From: an uncultured Gemmataceae bacterium
GTDB taxonomy: Bacteria; Planctomycetota; Planctomycetia; Gemmatales; Gemmataceae
Length of the DNA: 64,000 nt
NCBI GenBank assembly: GCA_963750165.1
Contig: CAVVPN010000010.1
Span: 160,001-224,000 of the forward strand
Direction: 5' to 3'
Position 1 is the first letter of the stretch. Each line of letters opens with the position of its first letter. The position numbers and the translations under genes were made by a program. Under the pieces are notes generated by a model. The model was not told where the DNA came from and did not search any database. It was given only the letters and a program-made list of their open reading frames with translations. Shown here piece by piece: positions 20,400 through 30,234 of this stretch.

Positions 20400-20935
20400 A
20401 CTGTCCTCCCGGTCGCTGCGGCGACGGCGTCTCGACAAGCGCGGGCGGCTTCGGCGAGGTCGCCCTGTTCCCAGCGGTCCACCACCATTCGGCAGGCGGC
20501 AAGGAGGGACGCCGCGGCGTCCCGGAGCCGGGCCGGTGCATCGAGGTGCCGCAACACGCCATCCTCCTCCGGGGTATCCACCCGCCATTCGTCCCAGTAA
20601 TAACCTTCATCGCATTCCTCGACGGGGGCGTCCGCAACGGCCTGGCGGGCTTTCGCCAGGGCCTCGTGCGGTGATTCCGCGTCCACCTCGCACCGGGCGA
20701 AGAAGGGGCGGTCACACCAGGCGGTGACGAGGTATGTGGTCGTGGTTCTCACGGCGGCGGCCATCACCTGCATCGCGGCAAGAGTCGGCGGCACCGGGTC
20801 GGTCCCCTCGGGCAGCCAGAAGTGGCGGCTCGTCACGAGGTCATCACCGTGGGCGTCACGGATGATGGCGATGTCCTCGGTGCCGTCGCGGTCGAAATGT
20901 AGCGACCAGGGCGTGTTGAGTTGAAGATGTGTCAT
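20396..20935 (-). CDS. Hypothetical protein
   Basis: AAGGAG RBS, coupled stop/start within the operon. Confidence 0.7.
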   Translation of the reverse strand: MTHLQLNTPWSLHFDRDGTEDIAIIRDAHGDDLVTSRHFWLPEGTDPVPPTLAAMQVMAAAVRTTTTYLVTAWCDRPFFARCEVDAESPHEALAKARQAVADAPVEECDEGYYWDEWRVDTPEEDGVLRHLDAPARLRDAAASLLAACRMVVDRWEQGDLAEAARACRDAVAAATGRTV

Positions 20936-20949
20936 GATGGTCTCCTTTC

Positions 20950-21228
20950 TCAATAGTCCAGGGGGAGAAGAATCGTGGTCACGGAGCGGTCGGCTTCGGT
21001 GATGATCCAGAATCGCTGCACGCCGTTGCCGTAGGCCGACAGCAGGCGGCCGCCTTCCTTCAGCGAGCGGTTGTTTTCGTGAACGTCCTCCGCAGGAATG
21101 TCGCCCCAGTCGCCACGGGCGTGGCGGCTCAGGGCTTCGTGAATTGCCTTGCTGTCCAACTGGGAAGCGGCGTTGGCCGTGATGACGACCCGCCCGAGCG
21201 GGAAGGTGAATCGAACCGTCCTGGTCAT
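20950..21228 (-). CDS. Conserved plasmid/ICE small protein (RH..GDWG...WIITEADRS family)
   Basis: FPLGRVVIT...RHARGDWGD...GGRLLSAY...WIITEADRSVTTILLP.DY; AAGGAG RBS. Confidence 0.85.
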   Translation of the reverse strand: MTRTVRFTFPLGRVVITANAASQLDSKAIHEALSRHARGDWGDIPAEDVHENNRSLKEGGRLLSAYGNGVQRFWIITEADRSVTTILLPLDY

Positions 21229-21253
21229 AACAAACTCCTTGTTTTGGTGGTTG

Positions 21254-21285
21254 AAAAAAGCCGGCGGGCGAGGGTACCCGCCGGC
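21254..21285 (-). terminator. Intra-operon intrinsic terminator after the ssDNA-binding-like gene
   Basis: GCCGGCGGG-loop-CCCGCCGGC followed by T6 on the minus strand. Confidence 0.75.
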
Positions 21286-21292
21286 ATCCAAT

Positions 21293-21553
21293 TCAGGCGG
21301 CTGCCTGTTCGGACTGCTTGCGGGCCTTGCGGTCGGCTTCAAGCTGGTGCAGAACCCAGGTGTGGGCCAGGTCGAGCAGTTTCGCGGCCGGCAACAGGTC
21401 CTCGAAGCCCAGGTTGTCGGTCTCGCGCCAGCCCTCGTCGGCCTTGTAGCCGCGGGTGAGTTTGACGGAGTACCAGTTGCCCTTGTCGGAGAGGTTCCTC
21501 CAGACGGTGGCTTGCAGGCTGCCGATACGAAGTTTGTGTGCGGGTGATGACAT
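21293..21553 (-). CDS. Putative PC4/Whirly-like single-stranded DNA-binding protein
   Basis: P..KLRIG.LQATVWRN...G.WYSV.L.RGYK...W.ET..L..EDL pattern; AAGGAG RBS. Confidence 0.6.
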   Translation of the reverse strand: MSSPAHKLRIGSLQATVWRNLSDKGNWYSVKLTRGYKADEGWRETDNLGFEDLLPAAKLLDLAHTWVLHQLEADRKARKQSEQAAA

Positions 21554-21588
21554 GATGTTCTCCTTCTCGTTTGCAGGCCCGACCATCG

Positions 21589-21731
21589 GGCCTTTCGTGG
21601 ACGCGCCCGAACCCGGCTCAGGCCTCCGGAGCAAGCGGAAAATTGGAGGGGCCGCGCAGCGGAGGAACCGATTTTCTGCTTGGCGCAGCGCACGCCGGAG
21701 GACGCCGGGTTCAGCTTCCACAAGAAAGGCC
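21589..21731. promoter_or_regulatory. Long imperfect inverted repeat (Frpo/ssi-like ssDNA element)
   Basis: Nested pairs GGCCTTTC/GAAAGGCC, GTGGA/TCCAC, GAACCCGGC/GCCGGGTTC, TCCGG/CCGGA, CAAGCGGAAAATTGG/CCGATTTTCTGCTTG. Confidence 0.7.
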
Positions 21732-21959
21732 AGGGGGTGGGTTGCCGGAACGAAGGGGGGCATCAGGACAGCGTCCCTGCACCGCAGGCTTCTCGGCGGC
21801 CGGCAGCGCTTCCGTCGGGCCGAAGACACGGGCAGTGCTGGGGTGGCAAAGGAGGACCCGGGCTCCGGACACACACGAGTCGCAGGCAGGCGGGAACGTC
21901 GCCATCCGGTAGGGAACTGTCGCAGAGCCCAACTGTCCGGCGTGGCCGCTGACGGGCAG

Positions 21960-22150
21960 CAGGGAAGCGGGCAGGGGTGAAGCGTCCGGCAGGCGCGGGA
22001 AAGGCGGGGGCAGGGCTGACAGGGGGGTGACACCGCGTTGGCATTGGCCGTGCGGCGCCTGGCCGGGGGTGCAGTTCTGGGAGACAGGAAACGCAACCGG
22101 GAGTAACGTCACGGTTGATTTTTTGCCAGCATTGAGTGCATATACTGGCG
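21960..22150. other. Probable oriT region (nic site not identified)
   Basis: Non-coding, G-rich region directly upstream of a MOBF relaxase; positional inference only. Confidence 0.35.
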
Positions 22151-22151
22151 C

Positions 22152-24839
22152 ATGCTCCGCATCACCCCGCAAGACAGTGCCCAGGGCGCCAAGCGCTATT
22201 ACGCCAGCGCCGACTATTACAGCGAAGGCCAGGAGATCATCGGCTCCTGGGGCGGCAAGGGCGCCCGGCTTCTGGCGCTGGAGGGGGTCGTTGACCGGGA
22301 AGCGTTCGAGCGCTTGTGCGACAACCTCAACCCGCGGAACGGTGAGCAACTGACCGCCCGCACACGCGCCGACCGCACGGTGGGCTACGACTTCACCTTC
22401 TCGGTGCCGAAGTCGGTGTCGCTGCTCTACGCCCTGAGCGGCGACCGGGAGATCCTCGACGCCTTCCGCTCGGCCGTGGACGAGACGATGCAGGGCATTG
22501 AGGCCGAGATGAAGACGCGGGTGCGCAAGGGCGGCAAGGACGGCGAGCGCGTCACGGGCAATCTGGTGTGGAGTGAGTTCATCCATACGACCTCGCGGCC
22601 GGTGGCGGGGGTGCCCGACCCGCAGCTGCACGCCCACTGTTTCGTCTTCAACACGACATGGGACGACCAGGAGCGGCAGTGGAAGGCCGGCCAGTTCCGC
22701 GACCTGAAGGCGTCGGCGCCGCTTTACCAGGCGATGTTCCGGGTGCGGCTGGCGGGCAAACTGCAGGACCTGGGCTTCGGCGTCGAGCGCAAGCGCGATG
22801 ATTTTGAGCTGGCGGGCGTGCCGGCCGGCGTGCTGAAACGCTTCTCGCGGCGGACGGAGCAGATCGAGGAGAAGGCGAAGCAGCTGGGGATCACCGACCC
22901 GAACCGCAAGGCCGAGCTGGGCGCCGCGACGCGCGAGAAGAAGACCAACGAGTTGAGTTGGAATGAGCTGCGCAAGGACTGGGACAGTCGGCTGACTCAG
23001 GCCGAGCGGCAGTCGCTGGCGGCGGTGCACCGGCGGGAGACGCCCTGGGCCCGCCCGGTGCAGGGCGAGGGGCAGGCGGTGGATTTCGCGCTGGGCCACT
23101 GCTTCGAGCGCGAGTCGGTGGTGGCGGAGCGGAAACTCCTCACCGAGGCGTTGAAACGTGGCCTGGGCGCGGTGACGGTGGAGGGCGTGCAGAAGGAACT
23201 GGCCCGGCGCCCCCTGATCCGGGGCGAGCAGGATAGCCGCGGTATGGCGACGACCCGGGAGGCCGTGGCGGAGGAGTCGCGGCTCCTGGCCTTCGCCCGC
23301 CAGGGGCGGGGGCGTTACCGGCCGCTGGGCGACCCCGGCCGGCCGGTGTCACGGGAGTGGCTCAATGACGGGCAGAAGGCGGCGGTGCGGCACGTGCTGG
23401 GCTCGCGCGACCGCGTGACCATCGTGCGCGGGGTGGCCGGCACCGGCAAGACGACCCTGGAGCAGGAGATCGGCGAGGCGCTCGCCAGCGCCGGCAAGCA
23501 GGTGGTGGCCCTGGCGCCGACGGCGGAGGCGAGTCGCGGCGTCCTGCGCCAGGAGGCGAAGTTTGCCGATGCCGACACGGTGGCCCGGTTCCTGCGCGAC
23601 CGGTCAATGCAGGAGCGGGCCCGCCGCGGCGTCATCCTGGTCGATGAGGCGTCGCTGCTCTCGACCAAAGACATGTTGCGGCTCTTTGACGCGGCCGGCC
23701 AACTGGAAGCCCGGGTGGTGCTGGTGGGCGACCGAAGACAGCACCGCAGCGTCGCCGCCGGCGAGCCGCTGCGGTTGCTGGAGCAGAAGGCCGGGCTGCC
23801 CGTGGCCGAGGTCAAGGACATCCTCCGCCAGTCGGGGGACTACAAGAAGGCGTCCCGGCTGCTGAGCGAGGGCAGGACGGCGGAAGGCTTCGCCGAACTG
23901 GACCGGCTGGGCTGGGTGCGGGAGGTGCCCGACGGCGAGCGCTACCAGGCCCTGGCCGGCGCTTACCTGGCGGCGACCGCCGAGCGGAAACGCAACGGCG
24001 AGCCCAAGACGGCGCTGGTCATCAGCCCGACCCACGCCGAGGCGGCGCGGATCACCCACGCCATCCGCGACACGCTGAAGTCCCAGGAGAAGCTCGGCAA
24101 GGAGAGGACGTTCGACGTGTGGCTGCCGGGGCACCTGACCGACGCGCAGAAGGCCGACGCCACGAACCTGGAGGCCGGGGACCTGCTCGTCTTCCACCAG
24201 AACGCCCCGGGCCGCAGGAACGGCGCGCGGCTGGTCCTGGGCGACGGGACGCGGGCGCCGGTGGAATATGCGTCGCGCTTCGAGGTCTACCGCCCGGCCC
24301 GACTGGTGCTGGCCGTGGGCGACCGGATTCGGCTGACCGCCAACGGCAAGACGCGGGACGGGCGCTACCGGCTGCACAACGGGTCGCTGTACACCGTGGC
24401 GGGGTTCACGAAGCAGGGAGACATTGTCATCGACGGCGGCCGGGTGATCGCCAAGGACTGGGGCCACCTGGCGCTGGGCTACGCCGTCACCTCGCACGCC
24501 AGCCAGGGTAAGACGGTGGACCGGGTGTTCGTCGGCCAGGCGGCGCAGTCGTTCCCGGCGTCGAACCGCCGGCAGTTCTACGTGAGCCTGTCGCGGGGCA
24601 AGGAGCAGGCGCTGGTGTTCACCGACTCGAAAGCGGGGCTGCTCCAGGCGGTGAGCCGGGCCGACGAACCGCTGTCGGCAACGGAACTGGCCGCGAGCCG
24701 GCGCCCGCCGCCGCTGCGGCAGCGTCTGCAACGCCATCTGAGTTACCTGCGGCGTCAGGCCGCCTTCCGGCAAGCGCACGAGCCGCGGCGGCCGGAGCTA
24801 ACCCGGGCACAGGTGCAGGAGCGGGGTTATGACCGATGA
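22152..24839 (+). CDS. MOBF (TrwC/TraI-like) relaxase-helicase
   Basis: KRYY..ADYY tyrosines, YDFTFSVPKSVS, H...PDPQLHAH, Walker A GVAGTGKTT, VDEAS, YAVTSHASQGKTVD, FYVSLSRG. Confidence 0.96.
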   Translation: MLRITPQDSAQGAKRYYASADYYSEGQEIIGSWGGKGARLLALEGVVDREAFERLCDNLNPRNGEQLTARTRADRTVGYDFTFSVPKSVSLLYALSGDREILDAFRSAVDETMQGIEAEMKTRVRKGGKDGERVTGNLVWSEFIHTTSRPVAGVPDPQLHAHCFVFNTTWDDQERQWKAGQFRDLKASAPLYQAMFRVRLAGKLQDLGFGVERKRDDFELAGVPAGVLKRFSRRTEQIEEKAKQLGITDPNRKAELGAATREKKTNELSWNELRKDWDSRLTQAERQSLAAVHRRETPWARPVQGEGQAVDFALGHCFERESVVAERKLLTEALKRGLGAVTVEGVQKELARRPLIRGEQDSRGMATTREAVAEESRLLAFARQGRGRYRPLGDPGRPVSREWLNDGQKAAVRHVLGSRDRVTIVRGVAGTGKTTLEQEIGEALASAGKQVVALAPTAEASRGVLRQEAKFADADTVARFLRDRSMQERARRGVILVDEASLLSTKDMLRLFDAAGQLEARVVLVGDRRQHRSVAAGEPLRLLEQKAGLPVAEVKDILRQSGDYKKASRLLSEGRTAEGFAELDRLGWVREVPDGERYQALAGAYLAATAERKRNGEPKTALVISPTHAEAARITHAIRDTLKSQEKLGKERTFDVWLPGHLTDAQKADATNLEAGDLLVFHQNAPGRRNGARLVLGDGTRAPVEYASRFEVYRPARLVLAVGDRIRLTANGKTRDGRYRLHNGSLYTVAGFTKQGDIVIDGGRVIAKDWGHLALGYAVTSHASQGKTVDRVFVGQAAQSFPASNRRQFYVSLSRGKEQALVFTDSKAGLLQAVSRADEPLSATELAASRRPPPLRQRLQRHLSYLRRQAAFRQAHEPRRPELTRAQVQERGYDR

Positions 24840-25335
24840 CGTGCTGGATTTCGTGAGGAAGAAGCCGGCGCCGGACGGCCTCGCCGGGCGACTGCCGCCG
24901 GCCGGGCGGCCGGACGAGGCGGAGGAGGCGGCCTGCGCCGCCTTCGGCTACCTGCGCGGCCTGCACGAGAAGGCCCTGGCGGTGGAGTTCCGCCGGCGCG
25001 ACGGCGACCGCGAGTGGCTGCCCTACAGCTGCCTGGTGTCCTGGCGGCACAACCCGAGCGCCGGGCTGCTCCTGAAATTCACGGGGGATGTCGTGACGCT
25101 GGTGTTCATCCGCGGCAGCAACCTCGACGCGCCGGTGAACCAGGGCGGCGTCAACCTGACCGACCGCGGGCTGCAGCGGCACCGGGTCACCTACGTCCGC
25201 GAGATGAGTGAGGACGAACTGCGGCAGGCGGGCGAGGGGGAGCCGACCATCGACGGCATCGACATCGCGGAGTTCGAGAGCGGCGAGGAGCTGCGCGCCT
25301 GGGTGAAGCAGCACGCCCCGGCGTTCGAGCGCTGA
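24829..25335 (+). CDS. Hypothetical protein coupled to the relaxase (possible mobilisation accessory)
   Basis: Overlaps the relaxase 3' end, strong GC3 bias. Confidence 0.75.
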   Translation: MTDDVLDFVRKKPAPDGLAGRLPPAGRPDEAEEAACAAFGYLRGLHEKALAVEFRRRDGDREWLPYSCLVSWRHNPSAGLLLKFTGDVVTLVFIRGSNLDAPVNQGGVNLTDRGLQRHRVTYVREMSEDELRQAGEGEPTIDGIDIAEFESGEELRAWVKQHAPAFER

Positions 25336-25374
25336 GGAAGACGACTCGCGACAGCGAGGCCGCAGGGCGGGAAT

Positions 25375-25701
25375 TCAGCGTGGCCGGTCGTGTTCCTGCT
25401 CGATGGCGTCGATGGCCGCGCGGACGCGCTGCTCGGTGAGTTCCCAGCCTTCGTGCGGCAGGCCGCCGATGATGCGAAATTTGAGCCGTTGGTACACTTG
25501 CTGTGCCCGGTCGTCGTCGCCGAGCACGTCTGCGGCCAGGGCGAGGGCGAGTTGGGCGGGGCCGCTGCCGCCGTAGCCCCACTCGAACAACTCGGAGTGG
25601 TTGCGCAAGTCGTTCCGCGGGTGCAGCGAGGAGACCTCGCCGTCCTCCTCGACATCGATGGCGCAGCCGTGTTCCGTTCGCCTTCCGTGGTACACCTTCA
25701 T
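25375..25701 (-). CDS. DUF6166-like protein
   Basis: NHS..FEWGYGGSGPAQLALAL...A..YQ..KF. Confidence 0.85.
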   Translation of the reverse strand: MKVYHGRRTEHGCAIDVEEDGEVSSLHPRNDLRNHSELFEWGYGGSGPAQLALALAADVLGDDDRAQQVYQRLKFRIIGGLPHEGWELTEQRVRAAIDAIEQEHDRPR

Positions 25702-25879
25702 TCGCAAACGCTCAAGCCGGCGGTGGCGTTCAGGGCTGTTCTCGGTCCCGCCCTTCCGTCTGCCATGACTTCCTTCTGTGGTTGTGGAAGTCCGGTTTAG
25801 TGCCTGGAATGGATATTGTAAAGAGAAATTGTCATACAAATGGTTGCGCCGCCGGGAAGGTTGGGTTAGCATTCCCGGA

Positions 25880-26317
25880 ATGACCGACACTCCCAATCAC
25901 GAAACCACCCCGGAGGAATGGTGGGACCGGGGCCTCACCAGCGCCGGCAGGCGCGACATCCTGAAGGCCGCCCGCCTGCGCTTGCCCTCGGCCGTTCGCT
26001 GGCGTCACCTCGGCCCCGAGGCCCGCGCCGCCGTTGAGGCCCTGCGTCCTGCCGAGGCCCCGCAGAAGGACCAGCCTCCCCCGCTCTCCCCCAAGGAGGC
26101 CCTGACGCAGCTGCGGATCGAGAACAGTTTACTTCGAGCCGCATTGTGGTTGAGCTCCCGCGCCTTGAAAGATTACTCCGACGCGATCCACCGCAAGGCA
26201 GACCAGGAAGGCATGGTGCAGTTGACGGTCCCGGAGTCCTTGAAGGCCAGGACAGGTGCGGCACTCGCGAAGGCAAACCAGATGCTCAAGGACCAGGACC
26301 AGGGGATACGGCTGTGA
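25880..26317 (+). CDS. Hypothetical protein
   Basis: First gene of a translationally coupled run. Confidence 0.6.
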   Translation: MTDTPNHETTPEEWWDRGLTSAGRRDILKAARLRLPSAVRWRHLGPEARAAVEALRPAEAPQKDQPPPLSPKEALTQLRIENSLLRAALWLSSRALKDYSDAIHRKADQEGMVQLTVPESLKARTGAALAKANQMLKDQDQGIRL

Positions 26318-26556
26318 CCTGGACCGGCCGCACCCAGCCCATCAACGTGGGCGACACCGTCCGTTACTCGGCCGACTGGTTGCGCTCAACCGGGAACATC
26401 ACCGGCGACCTGCCCTTCGCGAAGGGCACCGTCACCGCCCTCCAGGTCCTCAGCCCGGACGTCACCCTGGCGACCATCGACTGGCAGAACCCGGACATTC
26501 CCGGTAAGGTCAACGTCCGCAATCTTGAACGAATCAACGAACGCACACGCTCATGA
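26314..26556 (+). CDS. Small SH3/KOW-like beta protein (hypothetical)
   Basis: INVGDTVRY...KGTVT...ATIDW...VNVRNLE; GTGA/ATGA overlaps on both sides. Confidence 0.65.
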   Translation: MTWTGRTQPINVGDTVRYSADWLRSTGNITGDLPFAKGTVTALQVLSPDVTLATIDWQNPDIPGKVNVRNLERINERTRS

Positions 26557-26972
26557 CCCTCACCATCCACTCCAACGGCAGCAAGTGGTACGGCGAGGCC
26601 CCCGATCCGGTTGAGGTGCTGCTCGATGCGCTGGGCAAACACACCCTGGACCCCTCCTTCGAGGACTATGGCAATTTCGTCTTTCAGGAGGAAGGCCGGT
26701 GGTGGGTCTTCGGCAACTTTCTGGAGCGCAGCCATGTGTTCAGAATCTCGACCGAAGATCACGCCGAGGTCGCCGAGGTGGAGGCTGCCATCCGGGCGAA
26801 GCAGGCCACGCCTGTCTATCAGGCCGCCAGGGAAGACTGGCAACGGCGTAAGCAGGGACGAGAGGCGGTCACGCGGACCTGGTGCAAAGGGCCAGTGGGA
26901 GAGCATACCTCCCGATTGTCAGATAAACGCGACGGCCCTGACAAGAACCCGACGCAGGGAATGCTGTTCTGA
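26553..26972 (+). CDS. Hypothetical protein ending QGMLF
   Basis: HSNGSKW.G..PD, FEDYGNF, FGNF..SHVF motifs; coupled start. Confidence 0.7.
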   Translation: MTLTIHSNGSKWYGEAPDPVEVLLDALGKHTLDPSFEDYGNFVFQEEGRWWVFGNFLERSHVFRISTEDHAEVAEVEAAIRAKQATPVYQAAREDWQRRKQGREAVTRTWCKGPVGEHTSRLSDKRDGPDKNPTQGMLF

Positions 26973-27009
26973 TGACTTGCTGTCCCTTCCTCATGCTTGA
27001 AGACCGGTT

Positions 27010-27807
27010 GTGAATCCCCTCGCCACCCTCCAACACATCCAGTCCGGCCTGGCAGACACGCCGCCGGTTGACCTGATCGGCGGGCTCATGCCCCTATCCC
27101 GCGCCGATGCCGTCACCTGGGCGCGCCGGCTGGCGGTGTGGGAGGAGCACCGCGGCGCGGTGTCCGGCCAGGCCGTCGCCGTCGCCCGCACCGTGTCCCG
27201 AAGGGCGATGCGGGAGTTCGGGCTTTCGTTCGACGCCGAGGGGCGCATTGTCGAACGCAAACCCACGCCGCCCCAATGGAAAGACGAATTGATCCACGCC
27301 TTCCCGATGCGGATCGGGGAGGAGACCGTGGAAGTCAGGTACACGCGAAATCCCGGCATCCACTGGATTTCATTTGTCGGCCAGGAATTACCGCCGCCTG
27401 GGGAGGGCGAGCCGCCACGCTCCATCATGAACCGCCACAAGCCACACCCCCTGAGCGATTCTGGCTGGTGGTCGCAGGCCATGTTCCCGGATGCCGTCGA
27501 AGCCGTGGGTGGCGCGGAGGCGTTCGCCGCGCTTCTGGTCCAGGCGAAGCTGGCCGGGCGTGAGAAGGAGTTCATGGAGCAGTTCGAGGGCAGGCACCCG
27601 GATGTGAAGCGGAAGAAGGGCGGCAAGCGGCCGGTGCAGCGTGCGTCCGCCGAGTCAATGCCCGTGCTGGGCGAACACACCGCGGCGGTGGCAGAGGAGC
27701 GTCAGGCCCGGGAACCCCAGGTGGAGGCACCACAGGCTGCGGAGCGGCCTGAAAAGGCGGGGGAGCCGGAGGCGACAAAAAAGGCAGTCCAGGGGCTGCT
27801 GTTCTAG
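27010..27807 (+). CDS. Hypothetical protein ending QGLLF
   Basis: 265-codon ORF with a low-complexity tail and terminal QGLLF. Confidence 0.65.
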   Translation: MNPLATLQHIQSGLADTPPVDLIGGLMPLSRADAVTWARRLAVWEEHRGAVSGQAVAVARTVSRRAMREFGLSFDAEGRIVERKPTPPQWKDELIHAFPMRIGEETVEVRYTRNPGIHWISFVGQELPPPGEGEPPRSIMNRHKPHPLSDSGWWSQAMFPDAVEAVGGAEAFAALLVQAKLAGREKEFMEQFEGRHPDVKRKKGGKRPVQRASAESMPVLGEHTAAVAEERQAREPQVEAPQAAERPEKAGEPEATKKAVQGLLF

Positions 27808-28898
27808 CGACCCCGCCCTTCTTCTTCCTGCCGCTCGATCTCGGCCCAGAGAGGATAGTCGCGCTCGAATGCAACCTGTTCCTTCGCCGCCTTGTTCCGC
27901 TCCCTGACCCCTCTGGCTGCCGCGAGTTGCTCGGCGCTCCGCGGCTCATACTTTTCCAGAGCACCCCAAACGAGGCTGTAGTGTGGGGCCGGGACGACCT
28001 GGCCGCCCATCAACTCCAACTTCCGCGTCGGATGGGGTTCGGTCAGCAGGTCGCCGAACAGGTCTTCGTGCCGGGTTGACCGCTTCACGGTGCCGTCATC
28101 CAGCTTCCGTAAATAGACGCTGTTCTCGGTCAGCCGTTGCCCGCCGCGATACACTTTGTAGGCCGTGGCGACGGGTTCGTAATTGCCGGTGCGGTGGTAG
28201 TCGCTGTCGATGAGGCGCAAAACCATCCAGGGCGTCCACCCGCCGCCGAGGACACCGAGGGCCAGGAGGTAGGCTTCCTGGTATTCCGCGTTTTGCTTGT
28301 CGGCGATCTCCTGCCGGCGGCGGTGGTTGTCGCGATCCTGGTCGGTGGGTTCAGGTCCAGGTGGCGGTGCCACGGCCGGCGGATCACCCCGCCGCTTCGC
28401 CTTGAGTCGTTCGTGTCTGGCCTCTCGTTTCCTGCCCTCGGTGAGGGCGGCGTCAATCAATGGCCTATTCAATCTGACCGCCTCACGCAGCAACTCGCCC
28501 GCTTGCTCGCCCTGGTCCTCGGCCTCCTCCTTCAACATAGCCTCCAGGTCGGTCCAGCGCACGGCCAGGTGGCGGAGCGACTCGGCCTCCTGCTGCGTCT
28601 CCGCAGGCGTTGCCGGGCGGCTGAGAATTCGGACGCCCGACTGGCAGCTGCGGATCAACCCGGCCGGGGAGGGCCACTGGCCGATCACTTTCACCAGGGG
28701 AGCGCGGGGGTTGGCGGTCGCGTAGTAGGTGACGGTATTCGCGGGCTTGGTCATCCGCAAACGATACGCCCGGTCGAGGGACGGCGCAAGGCCCTTGATC
28801 CGCTGAAGTTCTGCCGCTGTAAGGGGTTTCAGTCTGGAGGTCAAGAGCAGAACCGTAGCGATGAACGTCGTTCGGTTCAAGAAGAAAGGGAGATCCAC
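27804..28898 (-). CDS. Hypothetical plasmid protein (start may be 28754)
   Basis: Long ORF; an internal segment has a paralogous copy at 32215-32325. Confidence 0.65.
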   Translation of the reverse strand: MDLPFFLNRTTFIATVLLLTSRLKPLTAAELQRIKGLAPSLDRAYRLRMTKPANTVTYYATANPRAPLVKVIGQWPSPAGLIRSCQSGVRILSRPATPAETQQEAESLRHLAVRWTDLEAMLKEEAEDQGEQAGELLREAVRLNRPLIDAALTEGRKREARHERLKAKRRGDPPAVAPPPGPEPTDQDRDNHRRRQEIADKQNAEYQEAYLLALGVLGGGWTPWMVLRLIDSDYHRTGNYEPVATAYKVYRGGQRLTENSVYLRKLDDGTVKRSTRHEDLFGDLLTEPHPTRKLELMGGQVVPAPHYSLVWGALEKYEPRSAEQLAAARGVRERNKAAKEQVAFERDYPLWAEIERQEEEGRGR

Positions 28899-29026
28899 GG
28901 AAAAGACGACGGAAACGGGGTGAAATAGGCGTTCACATTGAACAAAAATTCAGAAAATCCGTCAGCCAGAGGCTTGACGCAGGTTCAGCACGACCGGAAA
29001 ATGGACCCCAAAAGTAAAAGCCCTCC

Positions 29027-29530
29027 GTGGAGAACGCCATGACCCGCGAAGAGTTTTCAAAGTTCATGGACTACATCAGCAACGGCGTTGGCATTGCGTC
29101 CCCGAAGTCGCGGGAACCGTACTGGGACTTCCTTGAGGAGATGCCGTTCCCGCTGGCTGACGCCGTGGCCAAGCAGGTCGTCATGGAGTACGAGTTGCCC
29201 ACGTTCCCGCCGGTCGCATTGATCCTGCGGAAAGCCCGGGAGATCGAGTTCGGCGAGCCGATGAGCTGGTCCGAGGCGTGGCATAAGGTGAGGAGCGTCA
29301 TCAAGACGTTTTCAGCCCATCGCATGAAGGAGGGCCTCGACACGCTTCCTCCTGCGGCTCGGCAAGCGGTCGAGCGGTTGGGCTGGAAGGAAATGTGCGA
29401 CGGCAACGCGGCGGACTTCATGGAGCCATTCAAACAGATCTATGAAGAGCTTTCCAGGAAGGAGATGGCGAACGCAAAGATGCCGGAGACGATCCGCAGC
29501 GCGGCAGCGAAAGGCGTGGGGAAAAAGTAA
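29027..29530 (+). CDS. Phage-type replicative helicase loader/inhibitor (G39P-like) protein
   Basis: MTREEF...W..L.......FPP.A.I...EAW..V...I......L..L.P...AV..LGW..MC pattern. Confidence 0.6.
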   Translation: MENAMTREEFSKFMDYISNGVGIASPKSREPYWDFLEEMPFPLADAVAKQVVMEYELPTFPPVALILRKAREIEFGEPMSWSEAWHKVRSVIKTFSAHRMKEGLDTLPPAARQAVERLGWKEMCDGNAADFMEPFKQIYEELSRKEMANAKMPETIRSAAAKGVGKK

Positions 29531-29563
29531 ACCTTCTCCTCCCGCTCGCGGTGGAGGTGGCTC

Positions 29564-30190
29564 ATGCTTCTGGACTTGACGGAATTCGAGAGCCAGATCG
29601 AAGAGGACATGGCGATTGGGCTGCAAAAGCACCTGCCCGACCCCCTGAGCATTCGGCCGCAGGTGAAGGTCAACACCGGCTTCATGACCTTCCACATTGA
29701 CCTCGTCGTGATAAACCGCTACGGGGCACGAATCGGTATTGAGTGCGACGGAAAAGAATTCCATCAAGATGCCGTTCGGGACAAGTGCAGGGATGCTTTA
29801 ATTCTGGGCACCAGAGCCGTTGAGGCGATTTATCGCTTTCGCTGGCATCAGATTTATTTCCATCGTGACGACTGCTATTATTTCATCACGAGACGCGACC
29901 CGAGCGTTTTCACTGAAGCAGGCCGGAGTTACATGGACCTGATTGCGTCAGCAGAAATCAAGCAGGTGCTCAAAGACGAAGCGATGGAAGAGCGTGCCAA
30001 ATCAATTCCCGACTGGACGCCCTGGGTTTTCTACAAAAAAGGCGACAAGCAGATTCGTTCCGTACTGGATCGTCGGTCTTTGAAATCTGGCCGATCCGTT
30101 TACGACAAAATCCTTGCCGTCGCAAATTGCAACAGGGCGCTTTCCTTCGATGAACTGGTCGAATTGATCCGCAATCGGTGGCGTCATTGA
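29564..30190 (+). CDS. Vsr/DUF559-like PD-(D/E)xK nuclease
   Basis: FESQIE...Q..V...F.IDLV...IGIECDGKEFH..RD..RD. Confidence 0.75.
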   Translation: MLLDLTEFESQIEEDMAIGLQKHLPDPLSIRPQVKVNTGFMTFHIDLVVINRYGARIGIECDGKEFHQDAVRDKCRDALILGTRAVEAIYRFRWHQIYFHRDDCYYFITRRDPSVFTEAGRSYMDLIASAEIKQVLKDEAMEERAKSIPDWTPWVFYKKGDKQIRSVLDRRSLKSGRSVYDKILAVANCNRALSFDELVELIRNRWRH

Positions 30191-30234
30191 ATTGGCCGAC
30201 CCCCCGTAGCGGCATGGTGAAAGGATGAAATGCC

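Noticed and set aside
22015..22045. GGGGGGTGACACCGCG as the exact nic site
   Set aside because: Only vague resemblance to known MOBF nic sequences; cannot be supported without experiment.
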